From Bacteroidota bacterium (GTDB lineage Bacteria > Bacteroidota > Bacteroidia > Flavobacteriales > Flavobacteriaceae): a stretch of DNA of 61,180 nucleotides. Positions 20,344 to 31,935 of this stretch are shown here, one piece after another. The first letter of the stretch is position 1; each line of letters opens with the position of its first letter. The notes beneath the pieces are model-generated. The model worked only from the letters and a program-made list of their open reading frames with translations, was not told the DNA's origin and made no database searches. Location of the stretch: contig JBJOGS010000029.1 of assembly GCA_046048095.1 (NCBI GenBank), positions 1 to 61,180 of the forward strand. The letters run 5' to 3'. Made by a program: the position numbers and the translations under genes.

Positions 20344-21087
20344 GTGATTCAGTTGCTCAGAAACCTCGGATATTTAGCCTACAAAGGATGGTTTTATCTA
20401 GTGACCGCTATCCCTGTATTCATTTGTGCTCCCATTTTGTTCATTGGAGTGCTTTCTGAGCGCACCTACCCAATTCTTTATTGGGTGGCACGGTCGATCT
20501 GGGCGCCTTTTATTTTGTTTATGATGGGCACTCCGATACGAAGGGTCGAAGATTCTTTGTCACTACCTTCTGCCCCATTTATTGTGATAGCCAATCATAC
20601 TAGTATGCTCGACATTATGCTCTTGCTTCGTATTTGTAGGCGCCCCGTGGTTTTCGTCGGAAAAGAAGAACTCGGGCGCATCTGGCTTTTCGGGTTTTTT
20701 TACAAACGGGCCGCTATATTGGTGAATCGCTCGAACAAAGCAAGCCGTAAACGAGTGTATGAAAGTGTTCGCAGAAAGTTGCACTACAAAAGGTCGATTG
20801 CCATTTACCCTGAAGGGGGGGTACCTCATGTCTCGGTAGATCTAGACCGGTTTAAAGACGGGGCCTTTTCTATGGCTATTGAACACGAACTGCCTTTGGT
20901 GCCCATTGTTAATTTCGATTGTAAAAAGAGGCTGAATTGGGAGCTTTTCGAAGGGGGTCCTGGGATACTTCGCTATAAAATTTTAGATACCATACCGGCG
21001 AACACCTTCAAAGAGGGTCAGGTTGAGGACTTCAAACAGCACGTGCGCCACCTGATGCTTGAAGCCCTTAAAGCCGACACGCTGTAA
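20344..21087 (+). CDS. plsC: 1-acyl-sn-glycerol-3-phosphate acyltransferase
   Basis: NHTSMLD (HX4D) and YPEGG motifs. GTG start. Confidence 0.8.
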   Translation: MIQLLRNLGYLAYKGWFYLVTAIPVFICAPILFIGVLSERTYPILYWVARSIWAPFILFMMGTPIRRVEDSLSLPSAPFIVIANHTSMLDIMLLLRICRRPVVFVGKEELGRIWLFGFFYKRAAILVNRSNKASRKRVYESVRRKLHYKRSIAIYPEGGVPHVSVDLDRFKDGAFSMAIEHELPLVPIVNFDCKKRLNWELFEGGPGILRYKILDTIPANTFKEGQVEDFKQHVRHLMLEALKADTL

Positions 21088-21088
21088 T

Positions 21089-22096
21089 CTATGCGTTAAG
21101 CAGTTTTAGCGCTTCATAGATTTTTTGCTCGATTTCTTCAGCGAGCTCAGGATTGTCTACCAACAGGGCTTTCACTGCATCGCGCCCTTGGCCTAGTTTT
21201 GTATCGTCATAGCTGAACCACGATCCGCTCTTCTTGATGATCTCATAATCGACCCCGAGGTCAATGATTTCGCCGAGGCGCGAAACACCTTCGCCATACA
21301 TAATATCAAACTCAGCGGTTCTAAAAGGCGGGGCCACTTTGTTTTTCACCACTTTCACCTTGGTGCGGTTTCCTTGAACGTTTCCGTCGCCGTCTTTGAT
21401 TTGAGTAGAACGTCTAATGTCAAGGCGCACTGAAGCATAGAACTTTAGGGCATTTCCTCCGGTAGTTGTTTCAGGGTTTCCGAACATTACGCCGATTTTC
21501 TCGCGCAACTGGTTAATGAAGATGACCGTGCAGTTGGTTTTGCTAATCGTCGAGGTCAGCTTTCTGAGCGCCTGAGACATCAAACGCGCGTGAAGACCCA
21601 TTTTTGAATCACCCATTTCGCCCTCAATCTCGCTCTTTGGAGTAAGTGCAGCCACCGAATCTACGACTACGATATCTATCGCCCCCGAACGAATGAGGTT
21701 GTCAGCAATTTCTAATGCTTGCTCTCCGTGGTCAGGCTGAGAAATGATGAGGTTGTCAATGTCTACCCCTAGTTTCGCGGCATAAAAGCGATCAAAGGCG
21801 TGCTCAGCATCGATAAAGGCGGCAATGCCTCCGGCACGCTGAGCTTCTGCAATAGCGTGAAGCGTTAAGGTTGTTTTACCCGAAGACTCAGGGCCGTAGA
21901 TTTCTATAATTCTACCCTTTGGATATCCTTGTACTCCGAGCGCAGCATTGAGACCGATAGACCCTGAAGAGATGACCTCAACGTCTTGAACAATGGTGTC
22001 GCCCATTTTCATTACCGCACCTTTGCCATAGGTTTTGTCTAATTTGTCTAGAGTTAGCTGTAACGCTTTTAATTTCGCCTCTTGTTCTTTGCTCAT
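21089..22096 (-). CDS. recA: Recombinase RecA
   Basis: Walker [10 protein letters not shown] and strongly conserved sequence. Start set at [12 protein letters not shown] (22096); the longer ORF to 22147 would contain the putative promoter. Confidence 0.97.
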   Translation of the reverse strand: MSKEQEAKLKALQLTLDKLDKTYGKGAVMKMGDTIVQDVEVISSGSIGLNAALGVQGYPKGRIIEIYGPESSGKTTLTLHAIAEAQRAGGIAAFIDAEHAFDRFYAAKLGVDIDNLIISQPDHGEQALEIADNLIRSGAIDIVVVDSVAALTPKSEIEGEMGDSKMGLHARLMSQALRKLTSTISKTNCTVIFINQLREKIGVMFGNPETTTGGNALKFYASVRLDIRRSTQIKDGDGNVQGNRTKVKVVKNKVAPPFRTAEFDIMYGEGVSRLGEIIDLGVDYEIIKKSGSWFSYDDTKLGQGRDAVKALLVDNPELAEEIEQKIYEALKLLNA

Positions 22097-22120
22097 TGCC
22101 TTAAATTTTTTGGTAGAAAT

Positions 22121-22128
22121 CAAAATTA
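22121..22128 (-). promoter_or_regulatory. Candidate Bacteroidota -7 promoter box (TAATTTTG on the minus strand) for recA
   Basis: Plus-strand CAAAATTA matches TAnnTTTG on the minus strand, 24 nt upstream of the 22096 start. A TTTG lies 16 nt further upstream (plus-strand caaa, 22145-22148). Confidence 0.3.
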
Positions 22129-22229
22129 ACGGTTTATGCTGCATCAAAGTTGCAGCCGGATTAAATTGTTGAAAAAATGTACTTTTACCGCTGATTTTGA
22201 TTCTTTTAACTTAAAACGATTGGTATAGC

Positions 22230-23273
22230 ATGCAACTGTACAATACGCTAAGTGCAAAAGAACGAGCTGAACTCATCGAGAGTGCCGGGGTTGACCGGTT
22301 GACGATCTCGTTCTATACCTATGCACACCTGAAAAACCCTGAACTGGTTAGAAATCATTTGTTTATTGCCTGGAACGAGCTAGACGTTTTAGGACGCATT
22401 TATATTGCCACTGAAGGGGTAAATGCCCAGCTTTCGGTGCCAGCCCCTAACTTTGAGCGCTTCAAGAACCATCTAGACAGTATAACTTTTTTAAACGGCA
22501 TCCGCCTGAACATTGCAATTGAGCAAGATAACATGTCGTTTTTAAAGCTAAAGGTGAAGGTGCGCAAAAAAATTGTTGCTGACGGACTCGATGATAATGC
22601 TTTTGACGTGACCAATAAAGGGGTGCATGTCGATGCAGAACAGTTCAATGCCTTGATTGAAGACCCCGAGACGGTATTGGTGGATATGCGCAACCACTAT
22701 GAAAGCGAGATAGGTCATTTTAAGAACGCCGTATGCCCTGACGTCGACACCTTTAGAGATTCTCTTGATCTTATTGAAGAACAGCTCAAAGATCACAAAG
22801 AAGACAAGAAATTAGTGATGTATTGCACCGGCGGAATTCGATGTGAAAAAGCCAGCGCCTACTATAAACACAAGGGGTTTAAGCAAGTCTATCAGCTTGA
22901 AGGAGGCATCATTGAATACACCCGTCAGGTCAGAGCAAAGGGTCTAGAAAATAAGTTTTTAGGAAAAAACTTTGTGTTTGACGAGCGCCGCTCAGAACGC
23001 ATCTCAGATGATGTAATTGCGGTTTGCCACCAATGCGGATCGGCGTGCGACACTCACACCAATTGCGCGAATGAAGGCTGTCACCTACTGTTCATTCAGT
23101 GTGAAGAATGTGCTGCCCAAATGCAGCATTGCTGTAGTGACGAGTGCAAAGAAATTATTGCACTACCGTATGACGAGCAGAAGAAATTGCGCAAAGGAAA
23201 AACGGTGAGCAACAAGATCTTTAAGAAAGGTCGTTCTGAGAAATTGAAGTACAAATCTGGTTGTGTGCACTAA
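22230..23273 (+). CDS. trhO: Rhodanese-domain tRNA uridine(34) hydroxylase (UPF0176/YceA family)
   Basis: Rhodanese loop CTGGIRCEKA and a C-terminal Cys-rich tail. Confidence 0.85.
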   Translation: MQLYNTLSAKERAELIESAGVDRLTISFYTYAHLKNPELVRNHLFIAWNELDVLGRIYIATEGVNAQLSVPAPNFERFKNHLDSITFLNGIRLNIAIEQDNMSFLKLKVKVRKKIVADGLDDNAFDVTNKGVHVDAEQFNALIEDPETVLVDMRNHYESEIGHFKNAVCPDVDTFRDSLDLIEEQLKDHKEDKKLVMYCTGGIRCEKASAYYKHKGFKQVYQLEGGIIEYTRQVRAKGLENKFLGKNFVFDERRSERISDDVIAVCHQCGSACDTHTNCANEGCHLLFIQCEECAAQMQHCCSDECKEIIALPYDEQKKLRKGKTVSNKIFKKGRSEKLKYKSGCVH

Positions 23274-23309
23274 GCCTTTGTTGTAATTTTAACATCTACC
23301 CAGAGAACT

Positions 23310-24515
23310 ATGGCGTGTGCTTCGTGTGCTTCAGGAAAAGACGGAAAGGTAAGGGGCTGTAAGAATAACGGCACTTGTGGCTCAGACGGATGCAACAAGC
23401 TCACTGTCTTTGACTGGCTCGAAAATATGGCGCTTCCCAATGGCGCAACGCCTTACTATTACGTTGAGGTTCGATTTAAAAACAGCCGCAAAGAATTTTT
23501 TCACAATGCCGATAAGCTGCCCCTACTTATGGGCGACGTAGTCGCTGTACAAGCGGCTTCAGGTCATGACGTGGGCATCGTTACCCTCACAGGCGAACTT
23601 GTCAAGGTACAGATGAAACGCAAAGGCGTAACGGTAGATGAGACCCAGCAGCTGAAAATCTATCGAAAAGCCACTCAAAAGGACATTGACATCTGGCATG
23701 AGGCGCGTTCTAGAGAAGCTGAAATTCAGAAGAGAGCCCGAGAAATTGCCATTTCTCTTCAGCTAGAGATGAAGATAAGCGACGTTGAGCTGCAGGGGGA
23801 CGGATCCAAAGCCACCTTTTATTATACCGCAGAGTCAAGGGTTGATTTTAGACAGTTGATAAAAGACATGGCCCGGGCGTTTAATCTGCGCATTGAAATG
23901 CGTCAGATTGGTTACCGCCAAGAAGCTCAAAGACTAGGCGGAATTGGTTCGTGCGGACGTGAATTGTGCTGCTCTACCTGGCTTTCAGATTTCAGAGCAG
24001 TTAGCACCGCATCTGCGCGCTATCAGCAATTAGCACTGAATCCTCAAAAATTGGCAGGCCAATGCGGAAAGCTCAAATGCTGTTTGAATTTTGAGCTTGA
24101 CACGTATCTCGACGCACTGAAAGACTTCCCACCGACAGATAGTCGCCTGCAAACCGAAAAAGGCACAGCTTTTTGTCAAAAGGTAGACATCTTCAAAGGC
24201 CTGTTGTGGTTCACCTATAAGAACGACGCGACCAACTGGCATGCTCTTCACAAAGATCAAGTCATCGAAATTTTAGAGCTGAATAAAAAGGGTAAAAAAA
24301 TCGATGCATTAGAGGGGTACAGCAGTGCGTTTTTGAATTCTGATGACACGAAAGGCGAAATGGTAGAGCTCGCCCCAGTTGAAGATAGCTTGACGCGATT
24401 TGACCGTCCAAAAAGAAATAAAAGTCGGCGTAAGAAGGGCTCTAGACGTCCTCAAGAACAACAAGATAAAATTCAGGGTCAACGTCCTCGATCTGATAAG
24501 CCGAAGCGGTCTTAA
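23310..24515 (+). CDS. PSP1 domain protein (RicT/YaaT family) with an N-terminal Cys cluster and a basic tail
   Basis: CASCASGKDGKVRGCKNNGTCGSDGC N-terminus. PSP1 core (YRQEAQRLGGIGSCGRELCCSTWL). K/R-rich C-terminus. Confidence 0.8.
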   Translation: MACASCASGKDGKVRGCKNNGTCGSDGCNKLTVFDWLENMALPNGATPYYYVEVRFKNSRKEFFHNADKLPLLMGDVVAVQAASGHDVGIVTLTGELVKVQMKRKGVTVDETQQLKIYRKATQKDIDIWHEARSREAEIQKRAREIAISLQLEMKISDVELQGDGSKATFYYTAESRVDFRQLIKDMARAFNLRIEMRQIGYRQEAQRLGGIGSCGRELCCSTWLSDFRAVSTASARYQQLALNPQKLAGQCGKLKCCLNFELDTYLDALKDFPPTDSRLQTEKGTAFCQKVDIFKGLLWFTYKNDATNWHALHKDQVIEILELNKKGKKIDALEGYSSAFLNSDDTKGEMVELAPVEDSLTRFDRPKRNKSRRKKGSRRPQEQQDKIQGQRPRSDKPKRS

Positions 24516-24571
24516 CGTTTTTTGTGACGCATGCTCGGCAGAAGCACTGTATTTTTACCTAAAATCTATTC

Positions 24572-26872
24572 ATGTACAAGCGATTAGTAATACTTTTCTG
24601 GATTGTATTTGTCTCTGGAGTGGTCGCCGTAGGGATCATTTTCAGAACGGCTGCTACGGGTGGATTTGGCCCCATGCCGACCTTTGATCAGCTTGAAAAT
24701 CCGCAGACTAATTTCGCGACCCACATTTATGCTGCTGATTCAGTGCTCTTGGGTAAATTTTATTTGGGAGACAATCGCACCCCTACCGATTTCAATCAGT
24801 TTCCTAGTTCACTAGTGAATGCCCTTATAGCGACTGAGGATGTTCGTTTCTATGAGCACTCGGGTATTGATTTTAGAGGGTTTTTTAGAGCGGTGGTGTT
24901 TTTAGGTAGCCGTGGAGGGGCGTCTACGATAACTCAACAGCTTTCAAGGCAGTTGTTTGTTGGCGTGAGGTCAAGAAATCTTAAAGAAGCGCTGCAGCAG
25001 AAAATTAAAGAGTGGGTGATTGCCGTAGAACTGGAGCGCAATTATACCAAAGAAGAGATCTTAGAGATGTATCTCAATAATTACGATTGGGGATACTTGG
25101 CGGATGGCATCGAGAATGCGGCCCATATTTATTTCAACAAGCCACCTCAAGAACTCGCTGTTAAAGAAAGCGCGATGCTGGTTGGGATGCTTCAGAATTC
25201 GTCGTTATTTAATCCGATCCGACGCCCTGAAATGGTACTTCGAAGAAGAAATATTGTTCTTGACCAAATGGCCAAGTACGATTTCTTAGAGGCGCAGGTG
25301 GCTGATTCGTTAAAGTCTACCCCGTTAGACGTAGATTTCAACCCTGAAAATTCGCATAACGAGGGATTGGCGACCTATTTTCGAATGCATCTTCAATCAT
25401 GGCTTAAAGAATGGGCCGCAAACCACCCGCGTGCAAATGGTGAAATCTATGACATTTATAAAGATGGTTTAAGGGTGTATACCACCATTGATTCGAAGCT
25501 TCAAGCGAATGCCGAACTTGCCAGCACGACTCACCTTAAGAATTTACAGCGCGCCTTTTTTAAGCAAAGCGCAAAAGACACCTCTGCTACTGCCCCTTTT
25601 ATTGAGGTCGAGAAGAAGCAGGCACAAACTATTGTAGAACAGGCGATGCGCCGCAGTGAGCGATGGAGAGTGATGCGCGCTGAAGGAAAATCAGACACAT
25701 TGATTAAGGCGAGCTTTTATGTTCCTACTGAAATGCGGGTCTTTGATTGGGAGCATGAAAGTCTCGAGCGGGATACGGTGATGACTCCTTACGATTCGAT
25801 TCTATACTACAAAAAGCATTTGAGAACGGCCATGATGAGTATAGAGCCTCAAACGGGCCATATAAAGGCTTGGGTCGGAGGCGCCAATTACAAACATTTT
25901 CAATACGACAACGTCATTCAAGGCGCACGTCAAGTAGGATCGACTTTTAAGCCGTTTGTGTATGCTGCCGTCATCGATCAATTGCGCTTGTCACCTTGCG
26001 ATCGCTTGCCCGATGTACCCTATTGTGTTGCGGCCATGCGCCATGGAAACAACGAGTCTTGGTGTCCTAAAAATTCGGGCGGAAAGTATTCAGGAAAAAA
26101 CATCTCCCTTAAAAACGCGCTAGCCAATAGTGTGAACACGGTAACTGCTCAGCTTATCGACAAGGTCGGCCCTCAGGCCGTTTCTACTCTTGTTCAGCGA
26201 TTAGGTGTGCGCAATGAAGTGCCGGCGGTGCCAGCAATTGCTTTGGGGTCCACTGAAATAAAAGTTTTTGACTTGGTGGCCGCTTACAGCGCATTTGCTA
26301 ATCAAGGGGTATATGTGACGCCCACTTTTATCACGCGTATTGAAGACCGAACCGGCTCAGTAATTTACAGGGCGGCTCCTGAAACACACGATGTATTTAA
26401 CAAAGAGATTGCCTATGCCATGATTAGCTTGCTCAAAGGGGTGACTGAGTCGGGGTCAGGGGTGCGACTGCGCCACAATTGGATGCAAGATAATCCGATG
26501 TACCAGGAAGTGGTGACGGGGTATCCGTATGAGTTTACAAACCCAATTGCTGGAAAAACAGGGACTACTCAGAACCAATCCGACGGATGGTTCATGGGCA
26601 TGGTTCCTAATCTGGTTACCGGTGTTTGGGTAGGTGCAGAAGACCGATCGGTACATTTTGACAACATTACATACGGACAAGGAGCGACTATGGCCTTGCC
26701 AATATGGGCAAACTACATGAAAAAGAACTATAAGGATGCCCTCGGAATCAGTCAAGATGACTTTGAAAGGCCCGAGTATATGCCCTTTAATCTCAATTGT
26801 ACTGAATCGGATGAAGTGCTCAACGAGATCGACCTCGAAGAAGAGGCCGACCTCGAAGAGTTTGACTTTTAG
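24572..26872 (+). CDS. mrcA: Bifunctional class A penicillin-binding protein (PBP1A)
   Basis: GT51 motif EDVRFYEHSGID. Transpeptidase motifs STFKP, SVN and KTGTT. Confidence 0.92.
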   Translation: MYKRLVILFWIVFVSGVVAVGIIFRTAATGGFGPMPTFDQLENPQTNFATHIYAADSVLLGKFYLGDNRTPTDFNQFPSSLVNALIATEDVRFYEHSGIDFRGFFRAVVFLGSRGGASTITQQLSRQLFVGVRSRNLKEALQQKIKEWVIAVELERNYTKEEILEMYLNNYDWGYLADGIENAAHIYFNKPPQELAVKESAMLVGMLQNSSLFNPIRRPEMVLRRRNIVLDQMAKYDFLEAQVADSLKSTPLDVDFNPENSHNEGLATYFRMHLQSWLKEWAANHPRANGEIYDIYKDGLRVYTTIDSKLQANAELASTTHLKNLQRAFFKQSAKDTSATAPFIEVEKKQAQTIVEQAMRRSERWRVMRAEGKSDTLIKASFYVPTEMRVFDWEHESLERDTVMTPYDSILYYKKHLRTAMMSIEPQTGHIKAWVGGANYKHFQYDNVIQGARQVGSTFKPFVYAAVIDQLRLSPCDRLPDVPYCVAAMRHGNNESWCPKNSGGKYSGKNISLKNALANSVNTVTAQLIDKVGPQAVSTLVQRLGVRNEVPAVPAIALGSTEIKVFDLVAAYSAFANQGVYVTPTFITRIEDRTGSVIYRAAPETHDVFNKEIAYAMISLLKGVTESGSGVRLRHNWMQDNPMYQEVVTGYPYEFTNPIAGKTGTTQNQSDGWFMGMVPNLVTGVWVGAEDRSVHFDNITYGQGATMALPIWANYMKKNYKDALGISQDDFERPEYMPFNLNCTESDEVLNEIDLEEEADLEEFDF

Positions 26873-26874
26873 AA

Positions 26875-29052
26875 CTATTTCATTGTGTTGTCGCCAGGAG
26901 CATCAATTCGTGGCGTAGGCAATTCATTGAACCCCATCGCATTCAGGGTAAACGCGTAGATATCAGCGTATTGTTCTATGGTTTTGCTTACGGGTGTTCC
27001 GGCTCCGTGGCCAGCGTCAGTTTCTATGCGAATCAAGACAGGCAATGATCCGGCATGTTTTTCTTGGAGCTCGGCGGCAAACTTGAAACTGTGTGCAGGA
27101 ACCACCCGATCATCATGGTCGCCAGTGGTAATTAGCGTAGCCGGATAGGATACGCCCGCTTTTACGTTATGCACGGGCGAATAGCCCTTCAAATAAGCAA
27201 ACATTTCTGGCGAATCTTCAGCCGTACCATAGTCGTAAGACCATCCTGCACCTGCAGTGAAGGTGTGGTAGCGAAGCATATCAAGAACCCCTACGGCAGG
27301 CAAAGCCACTCGCGCCAAATCAGGACGCTGAGTCATCGTAGCCCCTACCAATAGACCACCGTTAGAGCCTCCGCGCAGTGCGAGTAGCTCTGAAGAAGTG
27401 TAATTCTTGGCAATTAGGTACTCGCCGGCGGCGATGAAATCGTCGAAAACATTCTGTTTGTTCATCTGGGTGCCTGCATCATGCCAGGTTTTTCCGTATT
27501 CGCCCCCTCCTCTAAGGTTTGGAACCGCATAAATACCTCCCATCTCCATCCAAATGGCGTTTGTGACACTGAAAGAGGGGGTAAGGCTGATGTTGAATCC
27601 GCCGTATCCGTAGAGGATAGCAGGGTTCTTACCGTCTTTTTTTAGGCCCTTTTTGTAGGTAATCATCATCGGAACTTTCGTACCGTCTTTAGAAGTATAA
27701 AACACCTGTTCTGAAACATATTCGTCTGAATTAAAGGCGATTTGAGGGCTCCAATACACGTCTGATGCTCCGGTTTCTGGATCATAAGTGTAGCTGCTTG
27801 AAGGAGTGTTGTAGTTCGTAAACGTATAATAGAGCGTGCGATCAGACGATTTTCCGCCAAACCCTCCGACGCTTCCTAGGCCGGGTAGAGCGATTTCACG
27901 TACTAAAGACCCGTCGTATCGATACTGATAGACCTTTGAAAGTGCGTCGATCATGTATTCGGCAAAGAAGTAGCCTGATCCGCTGTTGAGGGTAAGCACG
28001 TTTTCAGTCTCAGCAATGACGTCCTTCCAATTTTCAGGGCCAGGTGAACTTGCACTGACTTGAACGAGGCGTTTGTTTGGTGCCTGGCGATCAGTAACCA
28101 GATATAGGGTTTCACCCTGGTTATCGATGACGTAGGTGTCTGACTGCTCATCGTCAACAATGGCCACAATAGGGCTATTTTTATCGCTTAAGTCTTTGAT
28201 GTACAGTTTGTTTCCTGAAGTGGTATTTGAGGCACTGATGAATAGAAAGCGAGCATCTTCACTGACTGATCCGCCTACATAGCGATGCTTTTGCTCAGCG
28301 CTTGCTCCAAAAATCAACTCGTCTTCGCTCTGCGCAGTACCTAATTGGTGAAAATACAGTTTGTGCTGATCGGTTTTTGCAGAGAGTTCGCTTCCGTCAG
28401 GCTTGTCGTAGCTCGAATAATAGAAGCCATCATTTTTTCTCCATGAGATGCCGCTGAATTTGACATCTACAATGGTGTCTCCGATTTGGTTTTTAGTTTC
28501 AGCCTCGAGCACTATAATTTTTCGCCAGTCGCTTCCTCCTTCAGAGATGGAATAGGCCAATAAGCTTCCGTCTTCGGTAAAGCTCAATCCTGCCAGCGAG
28601 ACGGTGCCATCTTCAGAAAATGAATTGGGGTCAAGAAACACCTCGGCCTCGCCTTCTTCACCCTTTTTTCGATAGAGTACCGATTGATTTTGTAGCCCGT
28701 CGTTTTTATAGAAGTAGGTGTATGCACCTTCTTTAAAGGGCTGTGATATTTTCTCGTAGTTCCATAGTTTTTCTAGACGCGACTTCAGCGCTTCTTTATA
28801 ACTGATAGCGTTCAGATGAGCAAAAGTCGTTTCATTTTGACGTTTCACCCAGTTTTCAGTTTCAGTGCTGCGGTCGTCTTCTAACCAGCGGTAATTATCG
28901 ACAACTTCTTGTTCAAAATACGTATCGACTACAGGAATTTTTTCGGTCTTAGGATAAGTCACTGCGGTGTTTTCAGGGGTGCTGCGGCATGAATAAATTA
29001 GACCCAAGGCGGTAGACAGCCCTGTGACCAGGATGAGGTATTTGCGCTTCAT
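26875..29052 (-). CDS. Prolyl oligopeptidase (S9A) with a lipoprotein-type signal
   Basis: GGSNGG nucleophile motif, C-terminal DDRV...DAGHG and an N-terminal beta-propeller region. Confidence 0.92.
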   Translation of the reverse strand: MKRKYLILVTGLSTALGLIYSCRSTPENTAVTYPKTEKIPVVDTYFEQEVVDNYRWLEDDRSTETENWVKRQNETTFAHLNAISYKEALKSRLEKLWNYEKISQPFKEGAYTYFYKNDGLQNQSVLYRKKGEEGEAEVFLDPNSFSEDGTVSLAGLSFTEDGSLLAYSISEGGSDWRKIIVLEAETKNQIGDTIVDVKFSGISWRKNDGFYYSSYDKPDGSELSAKTDQHKLYFHQLGTAQSEDELIFGASAEQKHRYVGGSVSEDARFLFISASNTTSGNKLYIKDLSDKNSPIVAIVDDEQSDTYVIDNQGETLYLVTDRQAPNKRLVQVSASSPGPENWKDVIAETENVLTLNSGSGYFFAEYMIDALSKVYQYRYDGSLVREIALPGLGSVGGFGGKSSDRTLYYTFTNYNTPSSSYTYDPETGASDVYWSPQIAFNSDEYVSEQVFYTSKDGTKVPMMITYKKGLKKDGKNPAILYGYGGFNISLTPSFSVTNAIWMEMGGIYAVPNLRGGGEYGKTWHDAGTQMNKQNVFDDFIAAGEYLIAKNYTSSELLALRGGSNGGLLVGATMTQRPDLARVALPAVGVLDMLRYHTFTAGAGWSYDYGTAEDSPEMFAYLKGYSPVHNVKAGVSYPATLITTGDHDDRVVPAHSFKFAAELQEKHAGSLPVLIRIETDAGHGAGTPVSKTIEQYADIYAFTLNAMGFNELPTPRIDAPGDNTMK

Positions 29053-29087
29053 AGGAGTTCATTTTTGGACTCTTGAAAGTACAAAAT

Positions 29088-30077
29088 CTAAACGAGCGAA
29101 TGGGCGACTAAATACTCAGCTATTTGAACAGCGTTTGTTGCGGCTCCTTTTCTTAAATTATCGGCGACGACCCACAGGTTTAGCGTATTCGCCTGAGAAG
29201 GGTCGCGTCGCAATCTACCTACAAACACTTCGTCTTTTTGGTGCGCCGTGTGCGGCATTGGATAGATGTTTTGGCTTACGTCATCTTGAACGACCACCCC
29301 TTCACTTTGTTCAAGTAGCTGCCTTACTTCGTTGAGTTCAAAGTCGCGTTTAAAGGAGACGTTTATTGACTCAGAATGACCTCCTGCGGTCGGAATTCGA
29401 ACGGCCGTAGCAGTTATTTTTAGACTTGGGTCACCGAGTATTTTTTTAGGCTCTTGCATTAATTTTTGCTCTTCTTTGGTGAATCCATCAGCTAAGAAAA
29501 CGTCGCAATGCGGAAGGGCGTTGCGATAAATGGGATGGGCATAAGCACGCTCTCCTTCAATTCCTTTCTCTTCATTTTCTAGCTGCTTCACGGCCTTGAC
29601 GCCGGTTCCAGAGACGGATTGGTAGGTCGATACAACGATGCGATCAATGCCATAGGCTCGATGCAATGGAGCTAAGGCGAGCACCATTTGTATGGTAGAA
29701 CAATTGGGGTTGGCGATGATATAATCGTCTTTGGTCAGCTCATGAGCATTGATTTCAGGAACTACGAGTTTGTGCTCGGGATTCATTCGCCACGCTGAAG
29801 AATTGTCAATGACTCGACAGCCCACAGCAGCAAATTTGGGGGCCCATTCAAGAGAGGTTTCTCCTCCGGCTGAAAATAGCGCAATGTCAGGGGCCTGAGA
29901 AACCGCCTCTTCTAAAGAAATCACGGTATACGGTTTGGACTGAAAGTAAAGGGTTTTGCCCACAGATCGCTCTGAAGCGACTACGAGTAATTCATCAAAT
30001 TTGAAGCCTCTGGCATTTAAGACTTCGAGCATAACTTGTCCGACCAATCCGGTGGCTCCGACCACTGCAATTTTCAT
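29088..30077 (-). CDS. asd: Aspartate-semialdehyde dehydrogenase
   Basis: GATGLVGQ Rossmann motif and active-site NPNCSTI. Confidence 0.95.
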   Translation of the reverse strand: MKIAVVGATGLVGQVMLEVLNARGFKFDELLVVASERSVGKTLYFQSKPYTVISLEEAVSQAPDIALFSAGGETSLEWAPKFAAVGCRVIDNSSAWRMNPEHKLVVPEINAHELTKDDYIIANPNCSTIQMVLALAPLHRAYGIDRIVVSTYQSVSGTGVKAVKQLENEEKGIEGERAYAHPIYRNALPHCDVFLADGFTKEEQKLMQEPKKILGDPSLKITATAVRIPTAGGHSESINVSFKRDFELNEVRQLLEQSEGVVVQDDVSQNIYPMPHTAHQKDEVFVGRLRRDPSQANTLNLWVVADNLRKGAATNAVQIAEYLVAHSLV

Positions 30078-30150
30078 AGGGTATCATTTAACGCCGGCAA
30101 AGGTAATACCTAAACCCAACCCTCAAAATAACAAATTGTTATATTTATAA

Positions 30151-31245
30151 CTATGTAAAGATTCTTGGAACGCGTTGCCCTACTCCGGTAATCAGCTCAT
30201 AGGCGATGGTCTTACCTATTTTTGAAACTTTTTCTGCCGATTGCTGGGGCCCAAAAATCACGACCTCATCGCCTACGTTGCACCGGATTTCGCTCACGTC
30301 AATCATAAACAGATCCATACAAATCATTCCGACAGCTTTGGCCTGCTGTCCGTTTACAACCACTTCAAAATCAGAGGTTCCTAACGAGCGATGAATGCCA
30401 TCGGCGTGGCCGAGTCCGATCGTAGCTATGCGCATAGGCGTTTTGGCGATGAAAAGTCGATTGTAGCTCACCGACTCGCCCGCTTCAATTTCACGAATAC
30501 TACTGATACTGCTCACCAAACGACTTATCGGTTGAAGTCGCTGATCGAGTTTGGGGTCATTGGCATAGCCGTGAAGACTAATACCTGCTCTTACCATTTC
30601 AAAGCAAGAAGCGGGGTAATTAAAAACACCCGAACTATTTAGAATATGACGCTTTATCGTCTTTTGTAAGCGCGCTTCTACTTTTTTATGTCCGTCGTTA
30701 AAAATCTCAATTTGCTGCATAGTGAATGCGCGCAGTTCAGCATCTTCACTTGCGGCTAAATGGCTCATCATAAAATCGAGTTTCAAATGCCGGTGATTGA
30801 GAAGCCCTGCGCAAGCCTGCTCTAGTTCTGAAGGTTTGATCCCTAAGCGGTTTAGTCCAGTATTGAGATTGAGGTGGGTCACCACCTGAAGGTTTAATTG
30901 AGAAGCAACGGCCCCAAGGGAGTCAATAAACGCAAGGCTATAGAGGCTGAAGTCAAGCCCTGCAATTATTCCTTTTTCGAGGGTGTCTAACTGAGCATGC
31001 AACACCAGAATGGGCTTTTGAATGCCTGCGTCCCTTAAAGCGATTCCTTCATCGACATAAGCCACGCAAAATGCATCGGCCCCAAGCAGGTCCAAGGCTT
31101 GTGAGAGCTGCACCAGATCTGTTCCATAGGCATTTGCTTTTACCACCGCCATGAGCTGAGAGGTAGACCCAATCAGGGTTCTTAAGTGGTGGTAATTGTG
31201 AGCCAGTGCCTCTAGACTGACCTCAAGACGAGTGCTAGCGCTCAT
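30151..31245 (-). CDS. alr: Alanine racemase
   Basis: PLP-lysine motif AVVKANAYG. 364 aa. Confidence 0.9.
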   Translation of the reverse strand: MSASTRLEVSLEALAHNYHHLRTLIGSTSQLMAVVKANAYGTDLVQLSQALDLLGADAFCVAYVDEGIALRDAGIQKPILVLHAQLDTLEKGIIAGLDFSLYSLAFIDSLGAVASQLNLQVVTHLNLNTGLNRLGIKPSELEQACAGLLNHRHLKLDFMMSHLAASEDAELRAFTMQQIEIFNDGHKKVEARLQKTIKRHILNSSGVFNYPASCFEMVRAGISLHGYANDPKLDQRLQPISRLVSSISSIREIEAGESVSYNRLFIAKTPMRIATIGLGHADGIHRSLGTSDFEVVVNGQQAKAVGMICMDLFMIDVSEIRCNVGDEVVIFGPQQSAEKVSKIGKTIAYELITGVGQRVPRIFT

Positions 31246-31834
31246 GTCGTTTTTTGTCTTCTTTTAGCGCTTCTTGAAAGGCCGCGCGACTAAGAGGCTC
31301 GTATTCTTGCGTTTCTCCTAAAAGTACCAGAGAGTCAGAGTCAGCGATACGGTGTGAGTAGTGTGCGAGATTTCCGGTCCGTTGACAAATGGCATGTACC
31401 TTGGTTACATATTCTGCGGTTGCCATCAGGGCGGGCATGGGGCCGAAGGGATTGCCTTTGAAGTCCATGTCTAGCCCTGCCACCACCACCCGAATTCCTT
31501 GGTTGGCTAAGTCATTGCAGACCGTCACGATTTCATCGTCGAAGAACTGGGCTTCATCAATGCCTACAACGTCACAGCGGTCTGCTAGTAACCGGATATT
31601 TGCTGCAGCCGGAACGGGTGTAGATCGGATGCTGTTGTCGTCGTGCGAGATCACTAGATTTTGGTCATAACGCGTATCGATAAGAGGTTTAAAGATTTCT
31701 ACCCGTTGCTTTGCGATTTTGGCACGGTTTAACCGCCGAATCAGTTCTTCTGTCTTTCCAGAAAACATAGAACCGCAGATTACCTCTATCCAACCGCAAG
31801 GTTCGTTGGGCTTTATAGTGTTTTCTAAAAACAT
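31235..31834 (-). CDS. tdk: Thymidine kinase
   Basis: P-loop [11 protein letters not shown]. Overlaps the alr start by 11 nt. Confidence 0.93.
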   Translation of the reverse strand: MFLENTIKPNEPCGWIEVICGSMFSGKTEELIRRLNRAKIAKQRVEIFKPLIDTRYDQNLVISHDDNSIRSTPVPAAANIRLLADRCDVVGIDEAQFFDDEIVTVCNDLANQGIRVVVAGLDMDFKGNPFGPMPALMATAEYVTKVHAICQRTGNLAHYSHRIADSDSLVLLGETQEYEPLSRAAFQEALKEDKKRHER

Positions 31835-31935
31835 CGAATAGACTAGGGGTTAAACAGCCTTAAAAATAGGAAGATTTAACGCTTTAATAGTGGTTCAGGA
31901 GTTTTTAGTATTGTATATTGAAGAAAAATTGAACT

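Noticed and set aside
22097-22147. N-terminally extended ORF starts given by the track (recA 22147, helicase 58589, argG 41891, proC 43979, lipoprotein 37739, dprA 18167, hypothetical 18194, beta-barrel 37077)
   Set aside because: The extensions overlap upstream genes or promoter-like sequence and add non-conserved residues. Internal ATGs give canonical N-termini (for example MSKEQEAKL for RecA and MKKNKIVIAYSGG for ArgG).
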